The notes under the pieces are model-generated. The model had not been told where the DNA came from, made no database searches, and saw only the letters and a program-made list of their open reading frames with translations. Source: Octopus vulgaris (taxonomy: Eukaryota). From it: a stretch of 64,000 nt of DNA. This document shows positions 41,855-55,603 of this stretch, piece after piece. The position numbers and the translations under genes are program-made. The stretch is taken from the NCBI GenBank assembly GCA_951406725.2, contig OX597820.1, forward strand, positions 124,682,001-124,746,000. Direction: 5' to 3'. Each line of letters starts with the position of its first letter. Position 1 is the first letter of the stretch.

Positions 41855-42859
41855 GAGACATAAAATGGCTTAATAATTCCAGGCAGATATCTATAAATCA
41901 GTCAGTGTTAAGCGAATTTGGTTAACCATATCAGACAATCAAATACCACTAAATACAAGTAGAATTAACATCGAAGTTAATTCTTCATGTATGACAAATA
42001 AATCCAAATATCGCCTGAAATATTTTCAAGAAATTTGAAGTGTGTATATATATATATATATCTACATACATACATAAATACATCAGTTTTATTTTCCTAA
42101 GGAGATTGCTATAAAGTTTAGAAGAGTTCAACCCTTAATCCATATTTGGCACCCCTACAGGTGCTGTCATTTCCACATAAGGTGAGATGCCAAGTAATGG
42201 TAGTCTAATCAAAGTTCCGCTGTAACCACCCATTTTGATAATCCATTTGTTACAAAGACATCGCCAAACGCGGTCGAACTACAACAAAAAGAAAATATTC
42301 ACACCTGACTAAGTAGGTGTACATGACATCAAGCTGGCGTGGTATCAAAAGTATGATAAATAATGCTGAGAGAATGACCCTATACAGATATTCTGCTCTT
42401 GTTGCACATGATCGCCCCAGTCTGAACATTCATAATGCTTACCTCCGGGAAGTCTCTTTCACTGTGATCATTGTGCAGCGAGACGGTAGGACACTTTTCA
42501 CATTAATTTGCTGCTTTCTTGAATCGGTGATAAGGACACTTTAAAACTATTTTCAGTGTCAATCACTAATTCCAAGTCTCGGCAGAGCTTCATGTCTCAC
42601 AGCAGCTATCGAAGTCAGAACAGGACGGGATAACTTCTCTCGCAGAGACGAACAAAGACATAGAGCACCTGAAACGTGGAAAGGAATTATGAGCGGACGG
42701 AATCCCATGTTAACGGCGTAGCGCTGCACTCTAAACTCAAGGTAGCAAGGTAAGATACCAAGCATTTCTAAGATGCTAGCCTCATCATCCTGTTTTAGAG
42801 TGAGGAAAAGTCTGACTGATCCAACTGCAGAGGGATTTCGAAGACAAAATCCTTGCCAG

Positions 42860-43295
42860 GGCGCAAGATGAAAATATTCCAGAATGCCATCACAGCTACA
42901 GAGCAAGGGGGATTACAATCGTCCAGATTTTATTCTGAGACAGCTCCAAGACAAGTGGGAAGGCAAAGCAAATGCCTCTGAGATCACCATTGTCAAACCT
43001 ATTGACATTGTCAACCTTGTCAACCAATTATGTAAGCAGAAAAGGCGTATGGTAAATACTACACTGTTTGGTATGTATCCGCCCATCAATAATCATCAAG
43101 CAGGCTTTGATCAGATAGAAGCAAGAACTCACCAAGCCATTTACCTTTGGAAACTGTGAGATTGAAGATAATATCTTGCAGCCAACTCTTCTCACCACCA
43201 CTCTTCGGCATGATACTCAAGCAGGCCACTGAAGACCCCGATGATGAAGATGCCTTCTGTATCCAGTACCGTATATGTGGTAGCGTCTTGAACTT
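42860..43295 (+). mobile_element. RTE-clade LINE reverse transcriptase relic
   Basis: FILRQLQDK...K..D.VN and P.LF..ILKQATED.DDED.FCIQYRICGSVLNL resemble RTE/BovB RT segments. Confidence 0.6.
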
Positions 43296-44002
43296 GTGTG
43301 TGCATATATATGCACACACAAACATACACACATGTGCCGTACACACACATCTATATTGCATCAAATGTCTGCAATATTACAATCGTGTGTTTCTAATCTT
43401 AATGTTTTGTACAAATTCAGTCTAAACACTGCACTAGTATTTCTTGAGCATTTCTTTTTCTCATTTATTTTATATTTCATTTTCACAAACTTTATATTAA
43501 TATCTCTTTGATGTAGAACGTCAAGGCAAAACAAAAAAAAGGAAAAATCAATACCTTGCACAGAAGGAAATCCTTCTTTAAACTTCCAATAATTTTTTAC
43601 GTCAAAAATCGACTTTTGGATTACTTACAGTCCACTACAATCGAAGTCACAACTGAAATAATAGATCTATTAAAAGTTTCATTCGTTAATCGATATTCGA
43701 CAGAATATCTAGAAAGAACATTCTCGAATTATTATTTATTTAGCAACTGTCTGCTTTTATTGCACAAAATTAAACAAAAATCAAAATATCAGAAAGAAAA
43801 TGTTTTTATAGGTAGGTCAAAATGTGATTATTTTTGTTTCATTTTTCACTTTCAAATTCATTTTCTGTTGTTGTTTTCTTGCATTCTTTCCATATAATAA
43901 TTTATTTTATGGAAAAGAAAGACGAAATTTATGTAATAACATGTTTAGTTGTTTGAACATAACGTTATAGAATATCGTGAGGTATATTTTCCATTTAAAT
44001 AT

Positions 44003-44190
44003 GGCTAAGCCCTAAGGGTGGATGCTACTGTAGCTTTTAGCCTCAGGAGGACACCTCCTCTAGCTGGCTATTGACGCACTTTCTCTGCCCTATCAGTATT
44101 TGCAAAGGGAAGCCATCCTTCCCGTCTTCAACCTATGATACACACGGACTCGAGTTTCTGGGTATTGACCCGTCATCAGCGTGTGACAAT
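44003..44190 (-). mobile_element. short GC-richer element beginning with an intact hammerhead
   Basis: Compositionally distinct ~190-bp block with the HHR at its 5' end on minus. Boundaries are approximate. Confidence 0.5.
44141..44185 (-). ncRNA. minimal type I hammerhead ribozyme with intact core
   Basis: CACACG-CUGAUGA-C-GGGU(CAAU)ACCC-A-GAAA-CUCGAG-UC-CGUGUG. Perfect 6-bp helix I, 4-bp helix II, palindromic helix III ACUCGAGU and GUC triplet. Predicted cut between 44147 and 44146. Confidence 0.88.
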
Positions 44191-44839
44191 CAAAGCTGTC
44201 GACGAAAAGTAGACCTTCCTCTGCAAATATATATCCTTTTTGCAGTGACGTAAAGACACTGATATCGAAAAAGTGTAAACGAGCAATAAGAAATTTCTGA
44301 GCGGGTTTATCCAATATGTCTCCGTAATAAATTTCCTCCGTAGATACAGTACTCTCTTAGATTCTGGGTCTGATACTCCATACAACATTTATCGATACTT
44401 ACTGTTCTCTTCTGCAATGTTTTTCATTAGATTCAGTAAGCTGAACTTTAGTCGTGCAATATCCGCCTTCTAGGCTTTACATGATTATATCGACATGTGC
44501 TAGAGTGGTATTTATTTCATGAAATGCTACATCTCATACCGCTAGGGAGCACGAAACACACAATCAAATTCATTATAGATTTCGGTTGCAATGACTAGCA
44601 AATCAAGACTCATTTACGACCATCGAAATCGCATGTTGATCATGTCCAGGACAGAAGATCGATTCGGATCTAGAACACAGAAGCACCAACCAGCAGGTTT
44701 GTGTTACAGCCGTATGAGCCAGTTAGTCACTATCAATCATTGTGAATAACGAGTTAACATCAGTCTCTCGACATGCACAGCATTTTTAATTAATTTTCAT
44801 TTAAAGAGAAAAGATCCAACCTCCATTTATATGCATATC

Positions 44840-45290
44840 TTTTGTTTTGTCTTTTAGCGTTTGCTCGTTTCAATCATTAGAGTGCAGCCGTGCTGGTGGC
44901 ACCACTTTGAAGAATTTCAATCGAACCAATCGACCCTGTACATTGTTTTAAAACCCGTGTGCTTATTCTATCGGTGCTTTTGCTGAACTAAGTTACGGGG
45001 ACGTAAACAGACCAACACCTCTTGCCATGCTGTCGTTCGGAACAAACACAGACATAAAGTTGCAAACATACACATTCATGCACACACACACACACGCATT
45101 CACACACACACACACATGTACACACACACACACGCATATGACAGTCCTTTTTCAGTTTTCGTCTGTCTAACAAAAAATCCACTTATAACGCTTTGGTCGA
45201 CCTGAGTCTATAGTAGAAAACATCCACTCAAGTTGCCACGCAATGGGAATGAACTGATAACCATGTGGTTAGGAACTAAACTTCTTGCCT
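44840..45290 (-). mobile_element. SINE family E, diverged
   Basis: Reverse complement matches 19113-19526, including the internal (CA)n. Confidence 0.75.
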
Positions 45291-47164
45291 CTCAATAAAA
45301 AATGATGTTGCTATATCAGTGCAGCAAACGGTGTTTCTCGTATGACGAAGAAATACGGAATCAATTTTGCTAAAATAAATTCTAACTTACTATTAATATT
45401 ATATGTTTTTTTTTGTTATATTTTCTTATTATCTTTTTAATGAAACACAGGTATGCGTCTAAAGTTGTATTTTGCAAACCTGTATGATGTCTGAATCTTT
45501 TGCAGCTGAATTTCAGATATTTGATTATGGTTATTTGCAAATTGTATCTTTATTTTCTTTTTAAATTGATTTGCAGCATATAAGACAGAATATATTCAGA
45601 AACATATTTGGTATATTCAGTCACAATATGGTTTAGAGAACAATGCATGCTGTATAGTATTTTGCAGCGATGAAAATATAGTCTTCTTGCAAAGATGATT
45701 TGACCATTACTGAAATACAGATTTGTATTCAACTTCGGCCGACATAAGGCTTGCAATCTTACGGAATTTTGGTGTAATTAAATGTCATAATTATATATGA
45801 TGGACACATCTGATTTCCCTCAAAGAGTTTGAACAGGGACTCGGAAGTGAAAAGAATTATGTATTGTTATCAGATAGCCAGGGGAAAATGAACTGTACTA
45901 TGCTTATTCAGAGAGTGCCAGATGTATTTTTGAATTACAGCAGAATTTTGGTGGTCCAGAGAGAGACGATCACAAAATCATCGGCTCTAATAATTCTATG
46001 AGAGGCGACGATAGACATTCAATAGTATATCCTGAGATGCGTTGATGGTTTTTCCACAATTGTTTGAAAGTTACATCCAGTGTCAACTGGAGGTGGATTA
46101 TTCCTATTTTACGCTCAGCTATGATATTAGTAGAAAAATGTACTTTTCCTCTCGTAATAGCATACAGGATTCATTGAGATATTCTCTCATTAACAAGTGT
46201 TCTCTTTGAAATGGCTGTCAGTATTAGTTTGGGTTTACAAGAGAGGAAGACATTATTCTAGTCATAATGTTAGTTTTATTCCCGAAAATTTAGAATATAT
46301 GTACGACAACACTTAGGATCTTCATGAGTTATTATGCGCACATACTTTTGGGTGGCAATTATATGTTACGATTCCGTATTGCTACTGTTTATATCTCACT
46401 CAGAGATTCAATATAGCCTATATATATATATATATATATATACATACACGCATACACACACACATATATTTATATACACACATAATAAATTGTAACATAT
46501 AATCGCGAGTGAGGAATCAAAGGCTTCACCCGTTGAGATGATTGTGACATACACACATAGTTGGTTCACATGTAAATGTGTGTGAACGAAAGAAAATCCC
46601 ACTAAGATTAAAAGGAAAACAAAGCAGTTATTTGGTAGAAAACAGAAGTGAAATCTAAAAGAGAAGGTAAAGTATATCAATGATAATGCAGGTTTAAGCA
46701 AGCATGTCGATATTTGCTTGAAGCTGCATGCTTAATTATGTGGAAACCCGAGGAAAGAATCATGGGTTCCAATATCATTGTTCCAGAACTCTTAAGTCTT
46801 ATTATTAAGCCAGGCATTTCAGATAAGAGAAGTCACTTTTGCTTGAATTACATTTTTTGTCTATATGTTTTTGATATATGAATATAATGCAAAATAAGAA
46901 ATGATTTACCTAAAAGAAAAATATCGTTGGGCAATATGTCAAAGAAGCCTGCACACCATTATCTTCAGCGTTAAATCGAGTATAAGAAATAACAGTAATA
47001 AGGATTCAAAGTTATGCGTGCATGTGTGAAAATGGGTATATGAGTGTGTATGTTTTTATAATGAAAATCTGTTATAATTCTCTACGAGTGAATGTACACG
47101 ACTTTTCTTCCACACGTTATTAATTCAATGCCCTGTAGCACACACGCGCACACAAGGTCTCACA

Positions 47165-47397
<233 letters not shown>

Positions 47398-47546
47398 GTT
47401 TTTTCTTTCCATACCTTTTGTTCATTCCCACGTTTCTCCAATAAATATCATAGCACAGAATACAAAGGAAGATTGATCCCATTACCACATTTAGTAAGAT
47501 TATTACGCATGAACGAATGGTCGTTCTGCAGTCATCCCATCACATG

Positions 47547-47580
<34 letters not shown>

Positions 47581-48159
47581 GTATAAGAAACCGACGGCCA
47601 ATGATATAAATATATAATCAACTCACCTTTCAGTATTACAAATATTACTATATGTCTTAAAACTATTTTCTGTAGAATAACGAACAAATACAGGGATGTC
47701 TAATTTTCCACCACATACAATTTCAATGCAGAACGTGTATCTGTGAATTGAAACTATAACGTATATACATATAAACATATTTTACGTAATCATTTCTTAG
47801 CAACTTACCTGACACCAACATGAACTACCTTTAAGCTAGAAAATTAGAATATTACTGTTACTCTTAAGTTGTAGTCAAAAAGTTTCTTTAGAAACAAACT
47901 TGTGATCACCGTTTCTCAGCGACTGTTATTTTGCATAGTTTTTTTTAATGATATTTTAATGAACACTGAGTGTTTAATTTTCAAAAGCAATGTTTATTTT
48001 CGTGTTCGATGTTATTATACGGAGTCTAGTGCAGCATAAGTTTTAACAATCTATTCATTTGGAGATTTAAAACTAATTTAGCAGATTTGGAGAACTTGCT
48101 TTAATTGGGAAGATATATTGTCAAGCGTTGGTGTCGGACAAACGTAGATAAATATTACG

Positions 48160-48202
<43 letters not shown>

Positions 48203-48237
48203 ATGCGTGTGTGTTTGTATATATATATATATGTATA

Positions 48238-48293
<56 letters not shown>

Positions 48294-48507
48294 AAATATG
48301 GGGGTTTAGTTCACAGGTAATCTAAACGATTAGGTACGCTAGGTAAGTGCTGTAACGGATTAATGGGGCTCCAAGGTTATAGCCGAGACGGTAGTTATGG
48401 AGCCATTGCAGTTTTCCGATATAGCAGATATATAATTGTTAAACTGGACGTTAAATATTAATGCAAGGCAAGTCATATACAATATTATGACGGGAAGACA
48501 TTCAAAA

Positions 48508-48561
48508 TCTTACAGCTGTTTCTGGGATATCTTCGAATTTGGGATATTCCGTTATTAGACA
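48508..48561 (-). ncRNA. degenerate hammerhead motif, left arm
   Basis: UGU-CUAAUAA-C-GGAAUAUC...GAUAUCCC-A-GAAA-CAGCUG-UA-AGA. 5' core mutated, helix III intact. Confidence 0.55.
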
Positions 48562-48737
48562 CAAATTAGGGACAGAAAATACCGAAAATGAGAATGGTAT
48601 ATATCAATAAGGTGACAACTTTTACGCCCCTTGTTTTCTTTTCCTTCCATCTCGTTATTCATTTAGTCCCTACCACTATGTTGTCAACTTATTGATATAT
48701 ACCATTCACATTTTCAATATTTTATCGTTCCAATTTC

Positions 48738-48791
48738 TCTCTGATGAAGGGGTATTCCTTACACGAGGACATTCCAGAAAGAGGTGTAAGA
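48738..48791 (+). ncRNA. degenerate hammerhead motif, right arm
   Basis: UCU-CUGAUGA-A-GGGGUAUUCCU...AGGACAUUCC-A-GAAA-GAGGUG-UA-AGA. Core intact, helix III mutated. Confidence 0.6.
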
Positions 48792-48891
48792 TTTTTAATC
48801 TCTTCCTGTAATAATATTGTATATGACTTGAAATGTTTGCTTTGCCTTAATGTCTGACGCCCTGCTTAACACACACACACACACACAGACA

Positions 48892-48979
<88 letters not shown>

Positions 48980-48981
<2 letters not shown>

Positions 48982-49095
48982 TTTCTCTACCTATTCGAAT
49001 ATCAAATCCGCTTACAAATTTCTGTTAGACTCGGGCTGTAGCAGGACGGTCTTGCCCAAGGTGAAACGCAAAGGGAAAGTGTCCAGAACCATACT
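48980..49095 (-). mobile_element. SINE family E 5' fragment
   Basis: Plus strand CAAATCCGCTTACAA...CTTGCCCAAGGTG matches the reverse of the family E head. Confidence 0.55.
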
Positions 49096-50650
49096 GCGCA
49101 TCTCCACAAACACAAACATACACATACACACACACACGCATGCACTACGCGCACGCGCATGCACACATATATATTTATATATGGGACGTGGAGTACCGGT
49201 TGCACCAATTTGCCTGATAGGAGATTCATTTGATGGAGAAAACCCGAATAGCATGCGTTGCCAGTGAGAAGGAAGTTACAGAGATAGAAGTGGCGGATGA
49301 AAAGGTGGAAAATCATTAAGAGACCCAGAACGAATGTGCCAAGCGGAATTTTGAGAGAACAAATCTAAGATTTCTGGCACTCATCCAAGAAAAATAGGTC
49401 CCTTTTAACGTTTTGCTTCCTGACAAGCAATTTCATACTTATTCTGTTTCGCAAAAATTTAGTACCGTTTCTATAAATGCTTTAGATATCGGGGTTTTCA
49501 TGCAATTTATAGACTGATTTATTTATATGGATTGCTATTTGTCAATATATGAACACTCACACACGCCCACAAGCCCATAAAGACACGCTCACATAATAGT
49601 ATACACGCACATGCAGAGAGACAACAATTTCTACATAGGGAGATAAAGGAATTGATGGTGTATATTCATTTATAAATTTGCTTGACCAGCACGTCCACCG
49701 AGTCGTAGTAGGCTCTACTTCTTACAGAAAGCTGTCTTGTTGTTGTGAGTGAACTAGTTAATATCCGGTTTATGGGCAGCTGCTGGTTTGAAGCTCGTTA
49801 AATTGGTTTACTGTCTTTGACAGTAATACAACAAATAGTTTAGAGCACGCACGTAGCATATGAAAAGTTTGTCATGAATTTAGTTTTGGCAATTACGAAC
49901 ATTTCGTGAGTAAAGAGGGATCCTATCCAGGATGTTTCTTGCAGTGTCAGGGAAATCGTTTTCGTACACCTTGTTACTCCACATAAAACAGCTCAGGGAC
50001 ATGAATATTTCTGTATCTCTCCAGAGGACGGAGCACATACGTTGCGTGTATCTTCCATGAAAATGATTTGTGATTCGGCGTGGATAATGTCTAGAGAATG
50101 CGTGGTATGTTGTAAGGGTTGTTGCGTACACCAGTGCTTTTCAATGCGTAATTGTTAATATTTCGGCAGTAACAGGTTAACACGTGAAGTCAAACATGTA
50201 TGATGTGTGCTTCTCTCTTGTATAGCGGTCAATGATCGGAGCGGTATTATTTGATAATGAATATTTAACTTTGACGTTATGGCAGTTATGCAATTTATGA
50301 CAGCGATGGGAATTTTTGAAATACTGTTTAATTAATGTCATGAAGCTACTAGCAAAACTAATGGAAACATTTATTATTTAAAAGTGGATTAAACTAGGAT
50401 GCATTTCAAATTCTGTTTTGGGAGTTTGAAGGGAGGAATTAGATCATCAATTTACACTAACTTACCGATAAAGACACTCTTAATCTTGTGAGATTACATT
50501 AAATTACCAAAATTTGGCTAAATATGTGTACCTAAAACATTTAAATTGTTCTTCATTTTGATTCAGAACTTATAACAACGTAGACGTATATAACGCTTAC
50601 AGTATTGTTTAAATCAACTGTTTACTCAATCGCATACACACACAAATAAA

Positions 50651-50776
50651 TACGAGGGATGTGTGAAAAGTTTTGAACTTTCAAGTCTCAAAGGCCTTGA
50701 AGTCATGTACCTTCATAAGAATTCTTGCACCATGTTTTGTTTGGGGGAGGATCAAGATTTTCATACATCCCTCGTA
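50651..50776. mobile_element. mariner-type MITE
   Basis: TA-CGAGGGATGTGTGAAAA ... TTTTCATACATCCCTCG-TA: terminal inverted repeats with one mismatch and a TA duplication. Confidence 0.85.
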
Positions 50777-50869
50777 CATGTAGACATGTTTATTTTTTAC
50801 GTACGATTACATATGTACTCAATACACACAGAGGTATGAATATGCACGAATATACATACATAACTTTGA

Positions 50870-51250
50870 TCTTTTACATTTTTCAGACATCTTACTGCGT
50901 TCATGCTGGGGCCCCACCTTGAATGTTTGCTCGTCAAATGAATCGACCACAGTAATTATATTTTAAGACCTGGTATTTATTCTATCGGTCTCTTTCCTTA
51001 GACCAATAAGTTACGGGACTGTAAATACACTAATAGCGGTTGTGAAACGGTAGTGGAGAACAAACACAGACACAACAACATGTACAAATTGATCTATACA
51101 AGCATGCGTATATACGAAGGTTTCTTTCAGATTCTGTCTATCAAATACACTCGCAAGTTTTTGGTCAGACCGCAACTATAATAGAAAGCAGTTGCTTAAG
51201 TCACCATGCAGTGGAACTGAACCCGGATCTTTGCTTCTTACCACACAACC
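50870..51250 (-). mobile_element. SINE family E, diverged
   Basis: Plus-strand CATGCTGGGGC.CCACCTT, TATTCTATCGGTCTC, AAGTTACGGG and GCAGTGG.ACTGAACCCGG match the reverse of 19113-19526. Confidence 0.7.
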
Positions 51251-52144
51251 ACCATATACATACATATATACAAACATACATACATATATCATGTGCAACA
51301 GTTAATTCACGCAGCCTTTTTTCATCACCCTGCATCTCTTTTTTGTCCTCATTCATCTCAGTAGAAGAGAGTAGACTTGAAACTTTAAAACGTTCTTCTG
51401 TTTTTCCTTTGTTTTTTTTACTCATTCACATGTCTCTGTCGTTCGATTTATTGTATTTCGAATATATATATGTAGGCATGTGTAAGAGTGTTCATGTGTG
51501 TCTTATTTCGCATTTGTCTATCAGTACATCTATGGATACATATCTATGCTGGGGTTGGGCATGTGCACATTATTTACTATAAACTCGAGTTTTCAAAAAT
51601 ATAAAAAGAACAATCAGCAAAGCACTTCAAACACAAGCGCATACACTGTAAATTGCATTTTTATCTCAAAGACGAACAATTAAAAGTCTCACATCACTCT
51701 CTGCCTATTTATTGTATTTTGTTTCCTTTATTTCATTGCCACTCTATATAGAGATGAATATATGATTATAAGGATAAATAAAAGGGAAACACACCTTGAT
51801 GCATAGAGGTAGAGACATTAGAGCTAGCAAACTTTCAGATAACTAATAACTAACTGCCTTCAGATGAGTCGGTATGATATGAGATAACTTTTAAGCAGAC
51901 TCGACATAATTAGATTGAATATGAGACAGTTGATATATATGCTATATTCATGATATTTCTTTCGAATTGTCAATCAAAGAGAATTTATTCATCGGGCACA
52001 AGTTTATAAAATGCCAGGATGGTAAATATGAAATAAATAAGTAAATAAATGAATGAAATTCGCTTTTAGACAAGATATTATCTTCTAACGAAAGTCATAG
52101 GCATTTGGCAGCAAAAGAATTGCAAATGGCAAAATACACGCCCT

Positions 52145-52192
<48 letters not shown>

Positions 52193-52290
52193 TAGATAGA
52201 TAGATAGATAGATATATACATACACACACATATATATATATATATATATACACACACATATCTATGTATCTATCTATGTATGTATGTATC

Positions 52291-52335
<45 letters not shown>

Positions 52336-52782
52336 TATCTATCTATACATACATACATACATACATATGTATGTATATGTATGTATAGATATATTTATCT
52401 GTGGGTGTTTCAGTGTTTGTGTGTATGATTGTGAATGTGTCTGTGTTAGAATAGAAGTGTATGAAGGCGATGTAGAAAAAAGAAATTCTCCTGAGTTAAT
52501 ATCAAAATGACAAATTTCAGAAATGCAAATGATTATAAAATTTATGTGAATTACGATTATATTTGTATATATAAACATTCATACATATATCTATATATGT
52601 GTGTGTGTCTGTGTGTGTGTGTGTGTGTTTGTGCGTGTGTGTGTGTGTGAGATCGTATATATGTACGTATCTATACATGTATGTATCTATGTATGTATTG
52701 ATGTGTGAAAATATATGACTAGAAATAGATACACACCTATAAACTCGCACATACTCTGACACGAAAAAACTCAAAAACGCGT

Positions 52783-52846
<64 letters not shown>

Positions 52847-53374
52847 GAAGAGAGAAGAATGAAAGAAATAAAGAAAGGGAGAAGGGCGGAAGACATGTGA
52901 GTATAATCAAATTACCTGATAGTACAATCCAAGAAATTCTACCTTAGTGTTTGTAATTAAATTAAATGTTTGATTAGCTGTTTATACACATATGCTAAAT
53001 CAAATTACTCCATGCCCCGAGCTGTGAACCGACGTGTCGTTTTTCTGCGAGTACTTGGAAGCAAGTCTCAGCGGTTTTGTCAAGTTGAGCATGTGTCATT
53101 GTGTGTGAGGATACGTCTTGTCTGAATTTGAGTAATTTTGCGGTTACTAACGGTCGATTGCTCACATATATTCTTTTACTTTCTGCCATATATCAGTATA
53201 TTCCAAGTTTTATATCATTCAAATTTCTGTTTTACGTCCCACATTTTCTTCTAAATAAGAATACCGATATAACTTTCCTTATCTAATATGCAAATGCAAA
53301 TGTTAAGATTGGGTAGGATCATGATTTACGCCTATATGTATGTCTCTATTCATGTATGCATGTATGCATTTATG

Positions 53375-53436
<62 letters not shown>

Positions 53437-53437
<1 letters not shown>

Positions 53438-53582
53438 TTTACGAAAAAACAAAAGATGAAGACAGATGGTGTACAAAACAAAAAGATGTATTAGTATAAC
53501 GCTCAGGAAAAAAAATGCTTTTACGTTTCGAGCCTACGCTCTTCTCAAGACAGGGACACAGAAAAAACAAGGAGAGAAACAA

Positions 53583-53585
<3 letters not shown>
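53437..53585 (-). mobile_element. second copy of repeat G, inserted in a (TA)n/(GA)n array
   Basis: Reverse complement of 37280-37452. HHR-like CUUGAGA-A-GAGC(GUAG)GCUC-GAAA-C-GUA-AAAG at 53517-53556. Confidence 0.75.
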
Positions 53586-53663
<78 letters not shown>

Positions 53664-54089
53664 GAGGGGGAGAGAGAGATACATACATACAAAAATAGAA
53701 GTTGAAAATGCACTGAGAATATTTAATTTTCTTTTTTTAAATATTTGAATCGTTAACCGGTTTCACGCTTTACACTAATTTTCAAAAAGCTCAGGTAGAA
53801 AGACGTGTTGTATGTCACAGCAGTCTTGCTTCTGACTAGTGTCTGAAATTTGCCCTGTTTTTATAGGGAGTTCATGGTTCAAATTAGCATTCGTTTTGAA
53901 TAGGATTTGATTGTTAGAAGATAGTCACACTACTGGTATTAGAAATTTTTGTACTTTATCCGCTCTGTCCCTGTGTTAGTATGAAGGGACAATGTTTGGC
54001 GTCGTAGGTTAAGGCTGACACGGTTGACTGAACAATATATAAGTATACACGCTCAAAAATACTGACACTCACACACATATGTATATACA

Positions 54090-54180
54090 CCGTGTACTTG
54101 AGCAAAGCATTTTGTTTCGCCCGCCTCCAGCCTGTAGATGACTAACCCTGCGAAGGACTAGCCCTCCGATCAGTAGGAAT
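54090..54180 (+). mobile_element. old SINE core fragment related to 27081
   Basis: GTGTACTTGAGCAAAGCATTT...AACCCTGCGAAGGACTAGC. Confidence 0.5.
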
Positions 54181-54659
54181 GATGTCTTACTCGCTTAGGT
54201 GGTTGTTCCCGTTAATTCCGACGTATGAGTGTTTGGAGAGGGGATATAACGTTAAAAGCATAGGAAAAGAGGAAACATCTTTTTGAAATTAGAGAACAAA
54301 AGAAGTTGCGTAAATTTGTGATGAATGCGTAAATATAATTTGAGTCTAGGTGTGGATTTTGCTATGAAGACACACTGAATGGTAAATTTAATTTTACCTA
54401 GGATTAGGCAAGTGAATCTTGTTGATTGCACGATATAATTGCTTTATAGCTCTGAAACATTTTACGCCATGCAGATCGATCAATGCAGTGATTTTCCCAA
54501 GATGTCAAGTTTAGTTGTAGAGTCTTTAGTTATTGCTTAAACTTACCCTTATGTCTCTTAAGTAGCAAAGAAGACATTCTGAACAGACGGGCTGAGTATT
54601 TAAATCTGTATTACATAAAAAAACACACTACTGATCCTGCGGTAATCAAAAAAATCTTT

Positions 54660-55055
54660 CAGAGGCCTGCAATTGAGGAATTCCCGAAGATACTGCTATT
54701 AAAATACCTTGCAATGTTAAACCTCCTGGACAAGGTGGTGTTCCCAGAGAAGTGTACAAATATGGTGGTACACCACTTGTGAGAATGCTGCGCATATTGA
54801 TCTTTTGATCTGGAAATCTGGATCTTTTCCCCAGCAATTCAAATATATATCTATAAGGCTCTTGAACAAAGACAAGAGAAATCAATATGTATGTGATAAT
54901 CACAGGAGCATAAGTTTGCTGCACATAACTGGATTTTTTTTCCGATGGTGATTGTTGACCGCATCAATAAACACGTAATAAACAGCTTTTATCCTGAATC
55001 CCAATCCGGATTTCCGGATGGGAGAGACATAGCTGACACGAGTTTTACCCTGCAT
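54660..55055 (+). mobile_element. RTE-clade LINE reverse transcriptase relic
   Basis: KPPGQGGVPREVYKYGG...CDNHRSISLLHITG...IVDRI.KHV...YPESQSGF..GR...D..F.L. Confidence 0.75.
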
Positions 55056-55603
55056 ACTCTTAAACTTTGACTACACATCCCTTACATATTACATTCAGTT
55101 CCTTTTCTGTATGAATGTAAGATTTCCTATTTCATAAGGTCTGATTAAATATTTTTTTTTTATTGAAACCAACTTAGATTTGTATGTTTTATAGTTCAGT
55201 AACAAATACTATTTTTACAGCAGAGTTTGAAGCATTCAGTTCTATCACAGAACACACAGGACTTTCAGTCATATATTTTCAAAATATATTATGAATCTAT
55301 GGCTTAGTTTAAAACAGAATCGTGAGAATACCATTTGTCAGGGAGTTGACTTTTATTGCCATAATATAGACTTATTTCGATGCTAAAAATAGTGTAAGTA
55401 ACAAAAAGACGTTTTCTTCGAGCTATATTTCTACGTGTTTTAATGACACACCTCAAATATTTATCTTCATTTCCCTGCAAAACTAAATTTATATAATCGA
55501 TAATAAAGTCAGATGACAGATATCCGTTACAATCACAACATACACAACACACAGACACATACACACACATAGACTACACACATATATGCACACATACACG
55601 CGT

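Larger units (their letters stand above)
48438..48870. mobile_element. inverted pair of ~185-bp HHR-bearing units (Penelope-like inverted pseudo-LTR arrangement)
   Basis: 48438-48619 is the diverged reverse complement of 48680-48870, with a 60-bp spacer. Each arm holds an HHR-like motif of the same design as 38060. Confidence 0.75.

Noticed and set aside
41961-41984. GAATTAAC-ATCGAA-GTTAATTC hairpin next to UGAAGA on minus
   Set aside because: No GAAA or helix III follows, so it is not a hammerhead.
46040-46170. piggyBac-like C-terminal peptide (PQLFESY..VD..SY.I.RKMYF)
   Set aside because: Too degenerate, and no TTAA-bounded TIRs were identified.
52995-53189. Possible mariner catalytic-domain relic
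   Set aside because: Only vague similarity; the YSPDL motif is absent.
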